From Octopus sinensis (Eukaryota), in contig NC_043016.1 in assembly GCF_006345805.1 (NCBI RefSeq), positions 9,176,001 through 9,240,000 on the forward strand: 64,000 nucleotides of DNA, given 5' to 3'. Made by a program: the position numbers and the translations under genes. The notes beneath the pieces are model-generated. The model worked only from the letters and a program-made list of their open reading frames with translations, was not told the origin of the DNA and ran no database searches. Positions 1 through 13,960 of this stretch are shown piece after piece; the first letter of the stretch is position 1, and each line of letters begins with the position of its first letter.

Positions 1-25
1 AATATTCCCTCAAATAATTATCATA

Positions 26-74
<49 letters not shown>

Positions 75-485
75 CTTTTTTTTTGTCAAAATAAATGAAT
101 ATTTTTGTAATGAACCAGTACGTTTTTAGATATGATAGGTTGGGTAAAAAAACAATTATATGTGAATATGTGTGCAAAGATGTTACAGTAACACATTGAT
201 GCAGTTTAATTTCCCTATACTTTCATCATTTTTGTTTTACTTACAATGAAATAAAAGATCTCAGTAAGGGGAATCTAATTCTGTAAACCTCATTAAAATT
301 GGTGTGTGAAACAAAAAGGGCTCAAATTGGAAATGGAGAGGTTGTGTTGTGATTAACAGGTTGACTTATCAACAGTAATTAACAAGTTGCAAGGAAGAAA
401 TTACATCTTCAACAATGCTTATTAATAGATAAACTAAATATTTGTAGTATTATAAGAGATATAATGATTTAAAGGCAATCTACTA

Positions 486-773
486 TGTGGCTGATGCCAG
501 CGTTGCCTTGACTGGCTTCCGTGCCGGCGGCACATAAAAACCACCAACCGATCGTTGCCATTGCGAGCCTCCCTTGGCACCTGTGCCAGTAGTATGTAAA
601 AAGCACCCACTACACTCACGGGGTGGTTGGAGTTAGGAAGGGCATCCAGCTGTAGAAACAGATCAGACTGGGCCTGGTGCAGCCTCCTGGCTTCCCAGAC
701 CCCGGTCGAACCATCCAACCCATGCTAGCATGGAAAATGGACGTTAAACTATGATGATGATGATGATGATGAT
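486..773 (+). mobile_element. Family A short retroposon ((GAT)n tail, internal GTGCCGGTGGCAC repeats)
   Basis: Ends ...ccaacccatgctagcatggaaaatggacgttaaa(cgatgat)n; many copies in the window. Confidence 0.85.
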
Positions 774-1185
774 TCTAGTTTCATAGAATAATCCCGTAGA
801 GAGAAAAGTCAAGGATGAGAATTGTCTTGTTAAATGTGGGTCTGATGAAGCATAGCCTTCAGCTGCAATAAGAAAAAAAATATATAGAGCTGAACTCCAG
901 GAGTTTTAATAAGCATGCCAAAAAGTTCTACAGGAAACTTTTAGGTACTAAAATTAACTGGGTTTTTTTGCCCAGCAAAAACTGAAGTCAAAAGATGACT
1001 GGCTGGAAAAAATGTTTTATTAGAAAGTTCAGGGATTTTGCCAAAATTTAGCCATTATTATTTGCCAGCAGATTTGACTTTCAAACTTAAATGCTCTTGG
1101 TTTGAATTCAAGGAAGACTTTCTGCTACAAGAGTAATATTTGATACTAGCTAGACCCATGCTGTCAAAAATGACGGCTAATTGTA

Positions 1186-1421
1186 TATCCGAGCGTGGCC
1201 GTTCGCCAGCCTCGTCTGGCACCTGTGTCGGTGGCACATAAAATCACCCACTACACTCTCGGAGTGGTTGGCGTTAGGAAGGGCATCCAGCTGTAGAAAC
1301 ACTGCCAGATCTGACTGGCCTGGTGCAGCCTTCGGGCTCCCCAGACCCCAGTTGAACCGTCCAACCCATGCTAGCATGGAAAACGGACGCTAAAATGATG
1401 ATGATGATGATGATGATGATG
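1186..1421 (+). mobile_element. Family A short retroposon
   Basis: Same body and tail as 486-773. Confidence 0.85.
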
Positions 1422-1521
1422 AGGGCATTATACATACATGCCAGAAGGCATTTACATACATGCCAAACGCTATAAGGGACAATTAGTCATTTCTACCAAA
1501 AATATTACTAATCCCACCGAA

Positions 1522-1570
<49 letters not shown>

Positions 1571-2290
1571 TAATATATATATACTAATACAATTGTTTGT
1601 TGTTTTCCACCTGCCTTCGTCTTTTGTCTATTTTCATAAAGCTTCCCGTTATATATAATGTATATTGTCTGATCTCTAGTGGTTAAGCTGTTTATTATTA
1701 TTATTATTAGTATTAGTATTATCCTTTGACCCCCAGTCGACAATTTGTTTATTAGTATTATTATTTCGCCTCGTATTGCATATTCTGTATAATTTATTAG
1801 TTATTGTTGACCATCGGTTTCCGGCCTCGTGTCTCGCTAAATACAGAATAGATATTTGAGTTTCTCCATACAGGATTTTTTCAATGGCGGCCGATTTTCG
1901 CGGGGTTCCACTATTCCCTTCTCTCTCTCTCTCTCTCTCCCTCTTTTATGTTGTCTGCCCTCCCCCCCTCTTCCTTTCCCCCCTTCCATTGCTAAGAGCA
2001 TTTTTAAGCCAGCCCGTCAAGTTCAACCTTCGAATATTCCCGGTGCAAACGCCCTTGCCCACCCCCACCACCAATACCGGATATCTCTATATTTTTGCTC
2101 CATCTATACCGGATGTCGCTTCTCCCACCACCATTATAGGTGTCTACTCTTCGAACCCCCCTCTTCAATACGCTATTTCACCATGCATTACCCCTCTCGT
2201 GATATCCTACGTTCTACTTGTCTAGAACCTGTCATCGTTTCTCCGAACACCCCTCCCCACTGGTGCTCCCCTATATTTCTGCACCCTCCC

Positions 2291-2602
2291 CCCACATAAA
2301 AAGCACCATCCGAACGTGGCCGATGCCAGCACCGCCCCGACATGCTTCTATGCAGGTGGCACATAAAAAGCACCAAGTGACCGTGGCCGATGCCAGACCC
2401 CTCTGGCACCTGTGCAGGTGGCACGTAAAAAGCACCCACTACACTTGCGGAGTGGTTGGCGTTAGGAAGGGCATCCAGCTGTAGAAACACTGCCAGACCA
2501 GACTGGAGCCTGGGGCAGCCCCTGGCTCCCCAGACCCCGGTCGAAACCGTCCAACCCGTGCTAGCGCGGAAAACGGACGTTAAATGATGATGATGATGAT
2601 GA
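2291..2602 (+). mobile_element. Family A short retroposon
   Basis: Same body and tail as other family A copies. Confidence 0.85.
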
Positions 2603-3058
2603 TAAATAAGGTACATAATAATCACGCATACAAACATTCACATACTTCCCTTGTACACACACACGCACATGGAGTTGAAACACTGTTTGATTTTTCTTTT
2701 CGCCTTTGAATGTTCACCATCCCACTTCCATTGTACAGACTCAAACATTCACATACCTCCCTTTTACATAAACACACATCTACTCACACTGAGTTGAAAC
2801 GCTGTTTGATTTTTTTTTTACCATATTATTTCCATCATACCACTACCACTTTACCAGCACCCCTTCCTTTCTCATTCATGTTGTGACAGAGAAAAACACA
2901 AGAGTATTATTATAGTAGATTGCCTTTATATCATTATATCTCTTATTTTAAAAGACAATGAAGTATAACTAAAGATTTCTCAAAAGATCTAAGTGAGAGG
3001 AATCTAATATTGAAAACCACACAAAAATCACACAAGAGTCACCCAGCTGTCATATATA

Positions 3059-3219
3059 CCGTATTTTAACATGCACAAAGAACCCTTTTTTGTCAAAAAT
3101 TGGGTTCCAAAAATATGGGACTTTCTTATACATGGATAGTATTAAAATCTCTTACAAAACTTTTTTTCCAGATTTAAGCCCCCAAAATTAGGGGGTTCCT
3201 TATACACATTAAAATATGG
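3059..3219. mobile_element. Tc2/pogo-like MITE
   Basis: Termini CCGTATTTT...AAAATATGG flanked by TA on both sides. Confidence 0.65.
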
Positions 3220-3231
3220 TATATATATATA

Positions 3232-3659
3232 TAGGGCTAAATAGCGGTGATGTAATTCCCTTTATAGGACTGTCACGTTATGTTGACAGTATACAACCGC
3301 TCTATCGCTCCACCATCGCTCATGTCTCTTTGAGACATTTAGAAATTCAATATTTCTAATTACGGTGATCAGTGAATAAATTTCACTGTAAATATATATA
3401 TTTGCGAGGGCTTGGCAAGTATCTCAACTAGCAGGACTTGCTACCCTGGACTGAAGACGGGCAAGACCCAGAAACATGCAAGTCTTCAGGTGCTAATCCT
3501 AGCTGGTCGGGGTGCTTGCCTCCCCTTTGCAAGTATGAGGACACAGGAAATGTGTCAAAGCTGACAGGAAGCGTCGATGCTTCCTAGGGTTAAATGGCGG
3601 TGGTGTAATTCCCTTTATGAGACTGTCACGTTATGTTGACAGAATACAACCGCTATATC
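3232..3659 (+). repeat. 353-bp unit with 75-bp terminal direct repeat and degenerate hammerhead-like motif
   Basis: 3232-3306 repeated at 3585-3659; CTGAAGA-CGGG..CCCA-GAAAC at 3451-3475. Confidence 0.6.
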
Positions 3660-3842
3660 ATCATCATCATCATCGTCGTTTAGCGTCCGTTTTCCATGCT
3701 AGCATGGGTTGGACAGTTCTACTGGGGTCTGTGAAGCCAGAAGGCTTCATCAGGCCCAGTCAAATCTGGCAGTGTTTCTACGGCTGGATGCCCTTCCTAA
3801 CGCCAACCACTCCGTGAGTGTAGTGGGTGCTTTTTACGTGCC
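3657..3842 (-). mobile_element. Family A short retroposon
   Basis: Reverse-complement copy with (CAT)n. Confidence 0.8.
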
Positions 3843-4064
3843 ATTATCTTTTTCTTGTTTCAGTCATGAGACTGTGGCCATGTTGAGGCACTGCTTTGAA
3901 GAATTTTTAGCCAAATGAATTGACCCCAGTACATATTTTTTTAAACCTTTTATTCTATCATTCTCTTTGATGAAGTTAGGGGGTGAGCGAACACACCAGC
4001 ACAGGTTGTCACGCAATAGTGGGGAACAAGCACACGTGTATGTGTGTGTGTGTATATATATGTT

Positions 4065-4345
4065 TGGAGGCACAATGGTCCAGTGGTTAGGGCAGCAGAC
4101 TCGCGGGTGTAGGATCACAGTTTTGATTCCCAGACCGGGCATTGTGAGTGATTATTAAGCGAAAACACCTAAAAGCTCCACAAGGCTCCGGCAGGGGGTA
4201 GTGGTGATCCCTGCTGTACTCTTTCTTCTGTTAGCCTGCTCACTTAGCCAGCGGGGTGGCATCATTCGAAGGCTAAAACAATGCAAAGCACATTGTGACC
4301 AGCAATGTGTAGCAACATCTGATAGCCTGGTCGGTCATGGTGAGA
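4065..4345 (+). mobile_element. Family D tRNA-derived SINE (tail type 1)
   Basis: Head tggaggcgcaatggcccagtggttagggcagc-like; another copy at 21856-22160 (minus). Confidence 0.82.
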
Positions 4346-4644
4346 TATATATGTGTGTGTGTATGTATGCATATATGACAAGCTTCTTTTAGTTTCCGTT
4401 TACTAAATCTACTCACAAGGTTTGGTTGTCCTCAGGCTGTAGTAAAGACATGCAATGGGACTGAACCTGGAAGCCTGTGGTTGAGTAGCAAGCTTCTTAC
4501 CACAGAGCCATATGATGATCTTCAGATATGAACACTTTTTGCTCCATTACATTGTCAACATGGTTTTCAAGATACATACATACATATACGCACACACACA
4601 TACATATAATCAGCTACTGATGATGCTTAACGAAGCATAAATTC

Positions 4645-4975
4645 ATCACTATCGTTTAACATCTGTTTTCCGTGCTAGCATGGGTTGGACGGTTTGACTG
4701 GGGTCTGAGAAGCCAGGAGGCTGCACCAGGCTCCAGTCTGATCTGGCAGTGTTTCTACAGCTGGATGCCCTTCCTAACACCAACCACTCCATGAGTGCAG
4801 TGGGTGCTTTTTACGTGTCACTGGCACAGGTGCCAGGGGAGGCTGGCAGTGGCCATGATCAGTTGGTGCTTTTTATGTGCCACCGGCACAGAAGCCAGTC
4901 AGGGCGGCACTGGCATCGGCCACATTCGGATGGTGCTTTTTACGTGCCACCGGCAACTACAATTTCCATTTGATA
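4645..4975 (-). mobile_element. Family A short retroposon
   Basis: Reverse-complement copy. Confidence 0.8.
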
Positions 4976-5566
4976 TTTATTTTGATGTTGATGTTATGTA
5001 CTTGACTCAATACGTCTCCTCAAGCACAGCAGATCGTTCTGCAATCCAAGGTACTTTGGATGGGCTGGAGCTATGCAAAACTAGTGCAGGAAGCAGCCAT
5101 GAACTCACATTATCTGTCGGGTCTTTGCAGTCACAGCATATCTCCAGAGATCTCGGTCTTTCATCATTGCCTCTGTGAGGCCCAATATTTAGTAATTCCA
5201 CTGATAAACACTTTTCATCTGCTACTTGTATACTTAAGTTTTTTAATACTATATGTCTATAAGATGCCTTCTCGAGACAAATATTGCAGCTTCAAGGCTT
5301 TCTACAATATGTCTATATTAAACATGCTAATAACAAATATATACATATACTGAACCCAAAATCATGTGGTAGGGAAACAAACTTCTTAGCACATAACTGT
5401 ATCTGCTCCTTGTTAATCGATCCAAGCACGAACATAGAAAAAAAAAGCTGAACATTTTCAAACAAAAAAAATTTTTAATGGAAAAAAAAAACTCCCAAAA
5501 AACAACGCTTTATTAAAGTTTTATTCAAAATCAAAATCTCCCCCTGCCATTGACATTTTAAAACAC

Positions 5567-5580
5567 TTTATTATTTTATT
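5567..5580 (-). terminator. Candidate poly(A) signals (two AATAAA) for the NipSnap 3' UTR
   Basis: TTTATT at 5567-5572 and 5575-5580, about 600 nt past the stop codon. The region is AT-rich, so this may be chance. Confidence 0.3.
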
Positions 5581-6181
5581 TCTGAAGTTATAAATCACTT
5601 CTGGAGGGAAGAAAAAAAGTTAATATATATATATATATACACATATATATAGTTATATATATTTTTTGTTATAAATGAAACGAGGAAGAGGAGGAGGAGG
5701 AAGAAAAGCTGGGAAAAGGGAAAAAGAGGGTCAGAGAGCAAGAAGTAAATATAGTTTACAAATAGAAGTGTTTTCTTAACTTGAGAGAAAACTAGTGTGT
5801 ACATATATGTGTATGTGTATGTGTGCGTGCGTGTGTGTGTCCACCCGCTTCTTAGAAAATGCTTCGGCATCTACTCCCAAGTACTAATACAAGCATCAGT
5901 AGTACAGGTGGGTACCTGAAGATGTCCCACTCTAAGAACAGCAGCAGCAGCAGCTACACTCTTGATGATTCCACCATTTTTTTAATTATTTTTAAAATTT
6001 TTATTTTTGTGGTTGGATGTTAAGAGTAAAAATACAATGACAAGGGGTTTGAAAGCAGGTGGGTCTTTTTTGTTTTTGTTTTTTTTTTGCTTGTTTGTTT
6101 TGCTTTTTTTTTTTTTAACAAGTTTGTATAGAGTGATGTTGCAATGCATTATCTTGTAAATTTAATAATTAATAACTGCTA

Positions 6182-6246
6182 CTACTGCAATGGTGAAAAT
6201 GGTGTTGGAATCAGGATGCGTGACTCCATGTGTCGTATCAGCGGCA
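6182..6246 (-). CDS. NIPSNAP: NipSnap terminal coding exon (65 bp incl. TAG): (V)PLIRHMESRILIPTPFSPLQ*
   Basis: Long polypyrimidine tract + cttacag| acceptor. C-terminus matches '[21 protein letters not shown]'. Confidence 0.97.
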
Positions 6247-6375
6247 CTGTAAGAACAATGAAAGAAAAAGGGTTAAAAAAAAAAAAAAAAGCAAAGCATT
6301 TTGTATAAAGAAGCAAGCAAAATATTGACAGAAGTATTCCCTGTTTAATGCAATTCATAGGTGTAGCCATGGATG

Positions 6376-7075
6376 TCATCATCATCATCATCATCATCGT
6401 TTAACGTCCGCTTTCCATGCTAGCATGGGTTGGACGATTTTGACTGAGGACTGGTGAACCAGATGGCTGCACCAGGCTCCAATCTTCATCTGACAGAGTT
6501 TCTACAGCTGGATGCCCTTCCTAACGCCAACCACTCAGAGAGTGTAGTGGGTGGTTTTTTTACGTGCCACAGGCACGGGGGCCAGTCAGGCGGTACTGGC
6601 AACGACCTCACTCGAATCTTTTTGCACATGCCACCAGGACAGGTGCCAGTAAGGCGACGTTGGCAACGATCACGCTCGAATGGTGCCCTTTTACGTGCCA
6701 CTGGCACGGAAGCCAGTTGGCTGTGGTAAGAAATTTGCTTCTCAACCACAAGGACCTGAGTCCTGTCTCACTTTGTGGCACCTTGAGCAAGTGGATTCAG
6801 TTGACGGAAACTGAAAGAAGCATCATTGAATATGTACATATATATCATCATCATCATCATTTAACATCTGTCTTCCATGCATGCATGGGTAGGACGGTTG
6901 ACAGGAGCCGGCCAATTAGAAGGCTACTCCAGGCTGGCAGGATTTTTACAGCTGGATGCCCTTCCTAACACCAACCACTCTGCAAAGTGGACTTAGTGCC
7001 TTTTATGTGGCTCCAGCACAGGCAAGGTCAGTTTTGGCAATGTTTTTACAGCTGGATGCCCTTCAAAATATCAAC
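6376..7075 (-). mobile_element. Cluster: family A copy (6376-6722), family B fragment and a family A variant (6845-7075)
   Basis: Shared ctacagctggatgcccttcctaac core and (CAT)n tails. Confidence 0.75.
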
Positions 7076-7561
7076 CACTTTACAATGTAGACTGGATGGT
7101 TTTTTTGTAGCGCCAGCACTGGCAGGGTCACCAAGGGACTGTCAAAACAAGGGATTTTGAGGGGAGGAGGTGATCTTGTATCAGATGATGAAAAGTTAGA
7201 GTGTGAGAGAGAGACAGAAACAGGTGTCTTACTATAAAGGAGGTACATGGTTACTTGGTGAGAGAGAAAGAGAGAAGAGAAAGAGGGGAAGAAAGAGGAA
7301 AAGACAGAGTGAGAGGAAAGATATATATATCCTACAATGACTGAAAAGAAAATATGTATAACTTCAACAGAATCAAGCCATGTCAATTATTGGCAATTTT
7401 CTCAATGATGTGCATATCTTTCACTGATATGCATACATATATATACATTATATATATATAAGTTCAGCAAAATTTAGATTCAAATAAATATATTACTTAA
7501 GTTAAAGGCACCAGAATTTTGCATGGTATTATCCATATAAATCAAATGGGGTGATTATAAT

Positions 7562-7772
7562 CAAAATAAGCAACAAGGATATCCAAGTATATCTAATACT
7601 TATATGAAATAAGTATTAGAATGTGCATTGTCCGTTTAATTGAAAAATTCTATATGTGGCTGAAGATTGCTCGACATTTTAAAACTGATGTAATACTTAC
7701 AGGGTTTAATAAAATGAAGTAGCATGAAACAATTGTACTACTCTACCTTGGATATCCTTGTTGCTTATTTTG
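7562..7772 (+). mobile_element. Penelope-like terminal-repeat remnant with hammerhead motif and short inverted end; second copy at 63682-63826
   Basis: 25-bp inverted repeat (7562-7586 / 7748-7772) and a CUGAAGA...GAAAC AAUU GUA core. Confidence 0.65.
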
Positions 7773-8523
7773 TTGCTTATATATATATACACACACACAC
7801 ACACTGCAGGTTGTTTCTTCAGTTTCCTTTTATCAATTTTTGCTGACAATGGAAGGGCCAATCAAAGAATATGGTAGATAACACATCTACCCAAAGTTCT
7901 GTGCACCGAGATCGAACCTAGAACCACAGGATTTAACTACACACCCGTATCTGTACCCTGGGTCTTGTAAGTAATAATGATAATAATAATAAGCCTTTCT
8001 ACTATAGGCACAAAACCTGAAATTTTGTGGGGAGGGGGTTAGTCAATTACATCAACTCCAGTGTTCACCCCAAAAGGATGAAAGGCAAAGTTGATCTCAA
8101 CAGAATTTGAAATCAGAATGTAAAGACAGACAAAATGCTTAGCAGCATTTTGTCTGGTGTGCTAACAATTCTGCCAGTTTACTGTTTTACAACTACTACT
8201 ACTACTACTACTACTACTAACAATAACAAAATTATAAGCACAGGGTTTGAAATTATGAAGGCAGGGACTAAATTGACTGCATTAACCCAAGTGCTCAACC
8301 GATATTTTATTGACCCCACAAATGTATGAAAGGCAAAGGTCAACCTTGGTGGAATTTGAACTTGAGTCAGACAAAATACCTCTTGACATTTTGCTGACAT
8401 TCTAACAATTGTGTGTGCTCGCTGCGTTCAATATAAATGATGATAAGAAGGAATTATAATCCAAGCAGTTTCTTCACAAAGACCATCTGCATATTCTAGC
8501 AATTAATTGTATACTTACTTACT

Positions 8524-9490
<967 letters not shown>

Positions 9491-9683
9491 TACGTATGTA
9501 CGTAAATATTTTATTTCAAATGAGAAAAATCATATATACAAGTTGAAATTCACAGTCATGTATATAATTTACAGAGTAACTATGTATTAAAAGAAAGATT
9601 GGAATTTATAGTAATATTTTAATTCTATAGTTACAGATGTTTCATTACAACATAGAAATATATTTTATGAATGTAGATATTAA

Positions 9684-10057
9684 TCTTCTCTCTATATATA
9701 AACGGCAGTTTGTCTGTGTGTGTTTCTGTGTGTCTGTTAGGTTGTACCCTCACCCTGACCACGGCTTTCAACCGATTCTGATGAAACTTGACACACACAT
9801 AGCCCAATGTCATAATTCAAAACTAACGCAGCGAAAATTTTGAAAAGTTCCCCCAGTTCTGAAAAAAATCGATAAATTCGACATGGGGTCGAGAATCAGA
9901 AACACAAACCACAGACTATCTAGGGGGCGCAAATCGACCTTTTTAACTAAAAAAAAATTTACCATCATTTTTTCCCCATTTTTTGGCTATAACTCTCTAA
10001 AAATGCTTTATAGTTATTTCCCTTACAAACCCGAGCAACACTGGGCGATGCTGCTAG
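9684..10057 (+). mobile_element. Non-autonomous Helitron-like element
   Basis: 5' a|TC...tctatatataaa start, subterminal hairpin (cccgag..ctggg) and 3' CTAG|t end. Confidence 0.7.
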
Positions 10058-10082
10058 TATTAAATAAAATGAATCTGTAAAT

Positions 10083-10432
10083 CAAATGGAAATTGTAGTT
10101 TAGATACCTGTGCCGGTGACACGTAAAAAGCACCGTTCAAAAGTGGCAGATGCCAGCACGACCTGACTGGCGTCTTGTGTCGGTGACATGTAAAAGCACC
10201 AACTGATCATGGCCGTTTGCCAGTCTCCTCTGGCCCCTGTGCGGGTGACAAGTAAAAAGCACCCACTATACTCACGGAGTGGTTGGCATTAGGAAGGGCA
10301 TCCAGCTGTAGAAACATTGCCAGATAAGACTGGAGCCTGGTGCAGCCTCCTGGCTTCCCAGACCCCAGTCGAACTGTCCAACCCATCCTAGCATGGAAAA
10401 TGGACGTTAAACGATGATGATGATGATGATGA
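10083..10432 (+). mobile_element. Family A short retroposon
   Basis: Full body plus (GAT)n tail. Confidence 0.85.
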
Positions 10433-10675
10433 TTATTATTATTTTTTTGAGGCTAAGTCTGAAGATTTGCACATGGGAATAGTTCTGCATGTATGCATAT
10501 ATAGTTATATTATTGTGAATTCATTATATTTATATTATCGTTAACATATATGTTCATAAAATGCATTTCCCATGTTGTAGTGAAACATATAACAACAGTA
10601 TTAAAATAATTCCATAAATCTCAGTTTTTGTTTTAATGCATTTAAAAGTAATAACTTCCTCAAAAGAAAATCTTC

Positions 10676-11079
10676 GGATCTTTTCAATTTGAACGGCAGT
10701 TTTTTAAAATAATTTCCATGTAACTAAACACTTTTAAACTTCGTATACTGGTAGAATGTGTTTATAAAACATCTTTTTCTCTTGGTTTTATTGAGAAAAT
10801 TCTATAGTTTGTAAGACATTTGTCGTTTTTTCTTCAATTTCTGCAATTTCAACCAATCAATGACGTCTATTGAGGTGAAAACATTCTGTGCCGTATGAAT
10901 ATGTCCCTCGTTTAAGAAACAGATTGAGTTTATTTACATTTGTGAAGAAAAAAAGATACCTTTCCACCAAACCCTAAAACAGATTGAAATGCAATAGATC
11001 GATACTAGGGTCATAATTATGAGTGACAATTTCATATGACACTGCTAGAAAAAACCTGCCGTTCAAACTGAAAAGATCC
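10676..11079. mobile_element. MITE with ~30-bp TIRs (GGATCTTTTCA(A/G)TTTGAACGGCAG) and 8-bp TSD AAATCTTC; Merlin-like
   Basis: TIRs at both ends and TSD at 10668-10675 and 11080-11087. GG termini with an 8-bp TSD fit Merlin (inference). Confidence 0.85.
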
Positions 11080-11097
11080 AAATCTTCCAACACATAC

Positions 11098-11181
11098 CTG
11101 TATATGCCACACACTCATCCCATCCTGGTCGCCGCCAAGCTGCCTCACGTGTTTCCTTCCTCGTCTGGAGGTCTTCATATG
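11098..11181 (-). CDS. NIPSNAP: NipSnap exon (84 bp): (A)[27 protein letters not shown]
   Basis: Acceptor cttcattag| and donor |gtatgt. Matches '[28 protein letters not shown]'. Confidence 0.97.
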
Positions 11182-11758
11182 CTAATGAAGTTATAAAAAT
11201 GAAAATAATCAACAGAAGATAATTGCCGACAGTACATTCGTCACTGCATAAAAGCATGCATGGGTTATTAGGTAAGAAACAAGGCAATGAAATAAGCAAG
11301 GAATAAATAAATACAAGTCGGAAGGACAGCACAAATTAATGCATTAACAGTGAGGATTTAACAAATTAGGACAAGCCAGAAGCATGGTTATATGCAGAAA
11401 ATATGGTAAACAAAAATGTAGGATGAGACTTCGGTTAGAAAAGAATTTTCAGAAAAAAGCAATGCAGTGAAGAGAAGCAGTTAGTAAGAGAAAGAATATG
11501 CATGCTTGCATGTATATGGTTGTGTGTGTGTTTGCGTGTTACATACCCCACAAATGGTGCACATTGTACAGTGTCCCAAGATGGCTGAACAAGCCAGCTA
11601 CAGCCCCAGGTCGGTGCCGAATGCCGCGCGCCCTGAACGTATATAAACGGGAAAAAGACCACATAGACAAAAAAGTGAACATTGGTGTAATAAGTACTCT
11701 TAACTGTGCTTCTTGGGCAATGAGTATATGTATGTAGATATATAAAATCTATGTGTAT

Positions 11759-11805
<47 letters not shown>

Positions 11806-11974
11806 TATATATCGAAATCGATCAAAAACCAATGGAAATTGCAGTTGTGATACCAGTGCCGGTGGCACGTAAAAAGATCCATCCGAACGTGGCCGTTGCC
11901 AGTGCTGCCTCGACTGGCCTCTGTGCCGGTGGCACGTAAAAAGCACCAATCGATCTTGGCCGTTGCCAGCCTGT

Positions 11975-12240
11975 AAGTTGAAGGTTGAGTAGAACAATGA
12001 GCTCAGTTCTCAGCATTTTCCTGTTTATATAAGTCCGCCAAGCCTTAACAGAGGAATTTAAGACTGGCTGTCCCTGGGAGTTCCTTTATGTTGATGACCT
12101 TGTCCTTACAGCTGAATCACTATGTGACCTCCTAGAGAAGAATTTTCAGGTGTGGAAGCAAGGCCCGGAATCTACAAAGCATAAGTTCCTTCAGGGAGAT
12201 GACACTGCTCCATATGTAAGAAGGGTGTTGGTAGGAACTC
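11975..12240 (+). mobile_element. RTE-clade LINE RT fragment
   Basis: Degraded 'SVLS..LFI..ALTEEFKTGCPWEFLYVDDLVLTAES...FQVWKQG' is an RTE-type YADD region. Confidence 0.75.
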
Positions 12241-12671
12241 CATTTGTTGTACTCAGTGCAAGCTTTTACCTCTCTATTATTCAAATATTTCATATTATAC
12301 TTATTAAGATACAAGTCTTGCTGACCAGCCCATTATTACTGTTTTTAACAGAAATAATGTTTCATATAGTTGCTTTTTTATTGTTTACGATAATTTTCTC
12401 ATTAAACAGCGCAGAATGTTTAAAGTTTGAAATGTACACGAGTTGATGTAGTGAATATTTTTAAAATGAAGATTGCAAAGCATGTTTCTCATGCACAGCA
12501 TGAAATCAATTGATATTGGGGTATGTAAACCACCTTCAAATTCAATCCTGAAGGTAGGCCTATATCTTGAAGTGTTCATTGCATTGCTCATGTGTGTATT
12601 TATTTATTGTAGGATTGGTGGTTTCTGAAGCTTTTGCTTTCATCTTTGGCAATCAGTATTTTTACCCTTCT

Positions 12672-12711
<40 letters not shown>

Positions 12712-12872
12712 TATTTAGGATTAACGAATTATTTTATACTGTATATATGTATGTTATTATGGTTATAGTTTTGTTAATTAAATAAGACAACATTCTAATA
12801 TCCTAAAGCTGATAAACCAACTAATGTGTTTCTCCATTTTCTTATTTGTATTATATATATATATATATATAT

Positions 12873-12908
<36 letters not shown>

Positions 12909-12941
12909 CATATATATTTATATATATAAATATATATCATC

Positions 12942-13327
12942 AGGAGTGGCTGTGTGGTAAGTAGCTTGCTAACCACCCACATGGTTCCGGGTTCAGTCCC
13001 ACTGCGTGGCATCTTGGGCAAGTGTCTTCTGCTACAGCCCCGGGCCGACCAATGCCTTGTGAGTGGATTTGGTAGACGGAAACTGAAAGAAGCCCGTCGT
13101 ATATATGTATATGTGTGTTTGTGTGTCTGTGTTTGTCCCCCCCAAATCGCTTGACAACCGATGCTGGTGTGTTTACGTCCCCGTCACTTAGCGGTTCGGC
13201 AAAAGAGACCGATAGAATAAGTACTGGGCTTACAAAGAATAAGTCCCGGGGTCGATTTGCTCGACTAAAGGCGGTGCTCCAGCATGGCCGCAGTCAAATG
13301 ACTGAAACAAGTAAAAGAGTAAAAGAG
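12942..13327 (+). mobile_element. Family B SINE, full length
   Basis: Head, short central microsatellite and tail all present. Confidence 0.9.
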
Positions 13328-13384
13328 TATGTATAAATACATCATAAATATTTATATGTATAAATATATCATATATATGATATA

Positions 13385-13960
13385 TACAGCTATGGTGTGA
13401 CCTCACCTGGAATTTGCATTACCCCTGTCTTGCCCAGATATTAATCGTCAGGAAACTGTTCAGTGATGGGCAACCAAGAGAATACCCTCCATCAGGCTTT
13501 TGCCATATTCTGAACGCCTTACTTCCCTGGGCATGGATACATTGAAACTCCGACGTCTGGCAGCTGACTTGGCAGATACCCATAAAATTATTAACCATCA
13601 TACAAACAATAACTCTGAGCACCTTTTCAAACTCCACCTCTCTAACACCCATGGACATGTTTACAAAGTCAGAAAACAGCACAGCTCCCATGATTTTCGG
13701 AAACATTTTTTCACGCTAAGAGTTACTGAATTACGGAACAAACTGCTGGCATCAGTTGTTAGTTGTTGGAGCACTGCATCCTTCAAAACTGAGATTCGCC
13801 AACACTACACCTGATTTTCTCCACTCCATGCACACGCAAGCATGTATCTGACTCATACACTGTTCACTTCCCAGACATTTGTACATTATTGCATATGCTT
13901 TATATGCACTTTTGACAAGTTGTGGTGCACCGGAGCACTGTATACAATAATTTCATAAAA
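13385..13960 (+). mobile_element. CR1-type LINE 3' fragment
   Basis: Translation LPYSERLTSLGMDTLKLRRLAADLADTHKII...RKHFFTLRV matches the CR1 C-terminus, followed by a 3' UTR. Confidence 0.8.

Noticed and set aside
434-718. Recurring ORFs containing 'LQLDALPNANH' or '[16 protein letters not shown]'
   Set aside because: Translations of SINE families A and B; not protein-coding.
1740-2285. GC-richer island with overlapping ORFs and a GAAAC-CGAT-GGTC hammerhead-like half on the minus strand
   Set aside because: No CUGANGA partner in position and no convincing RT motif; left as an unclassified repeat remnant.
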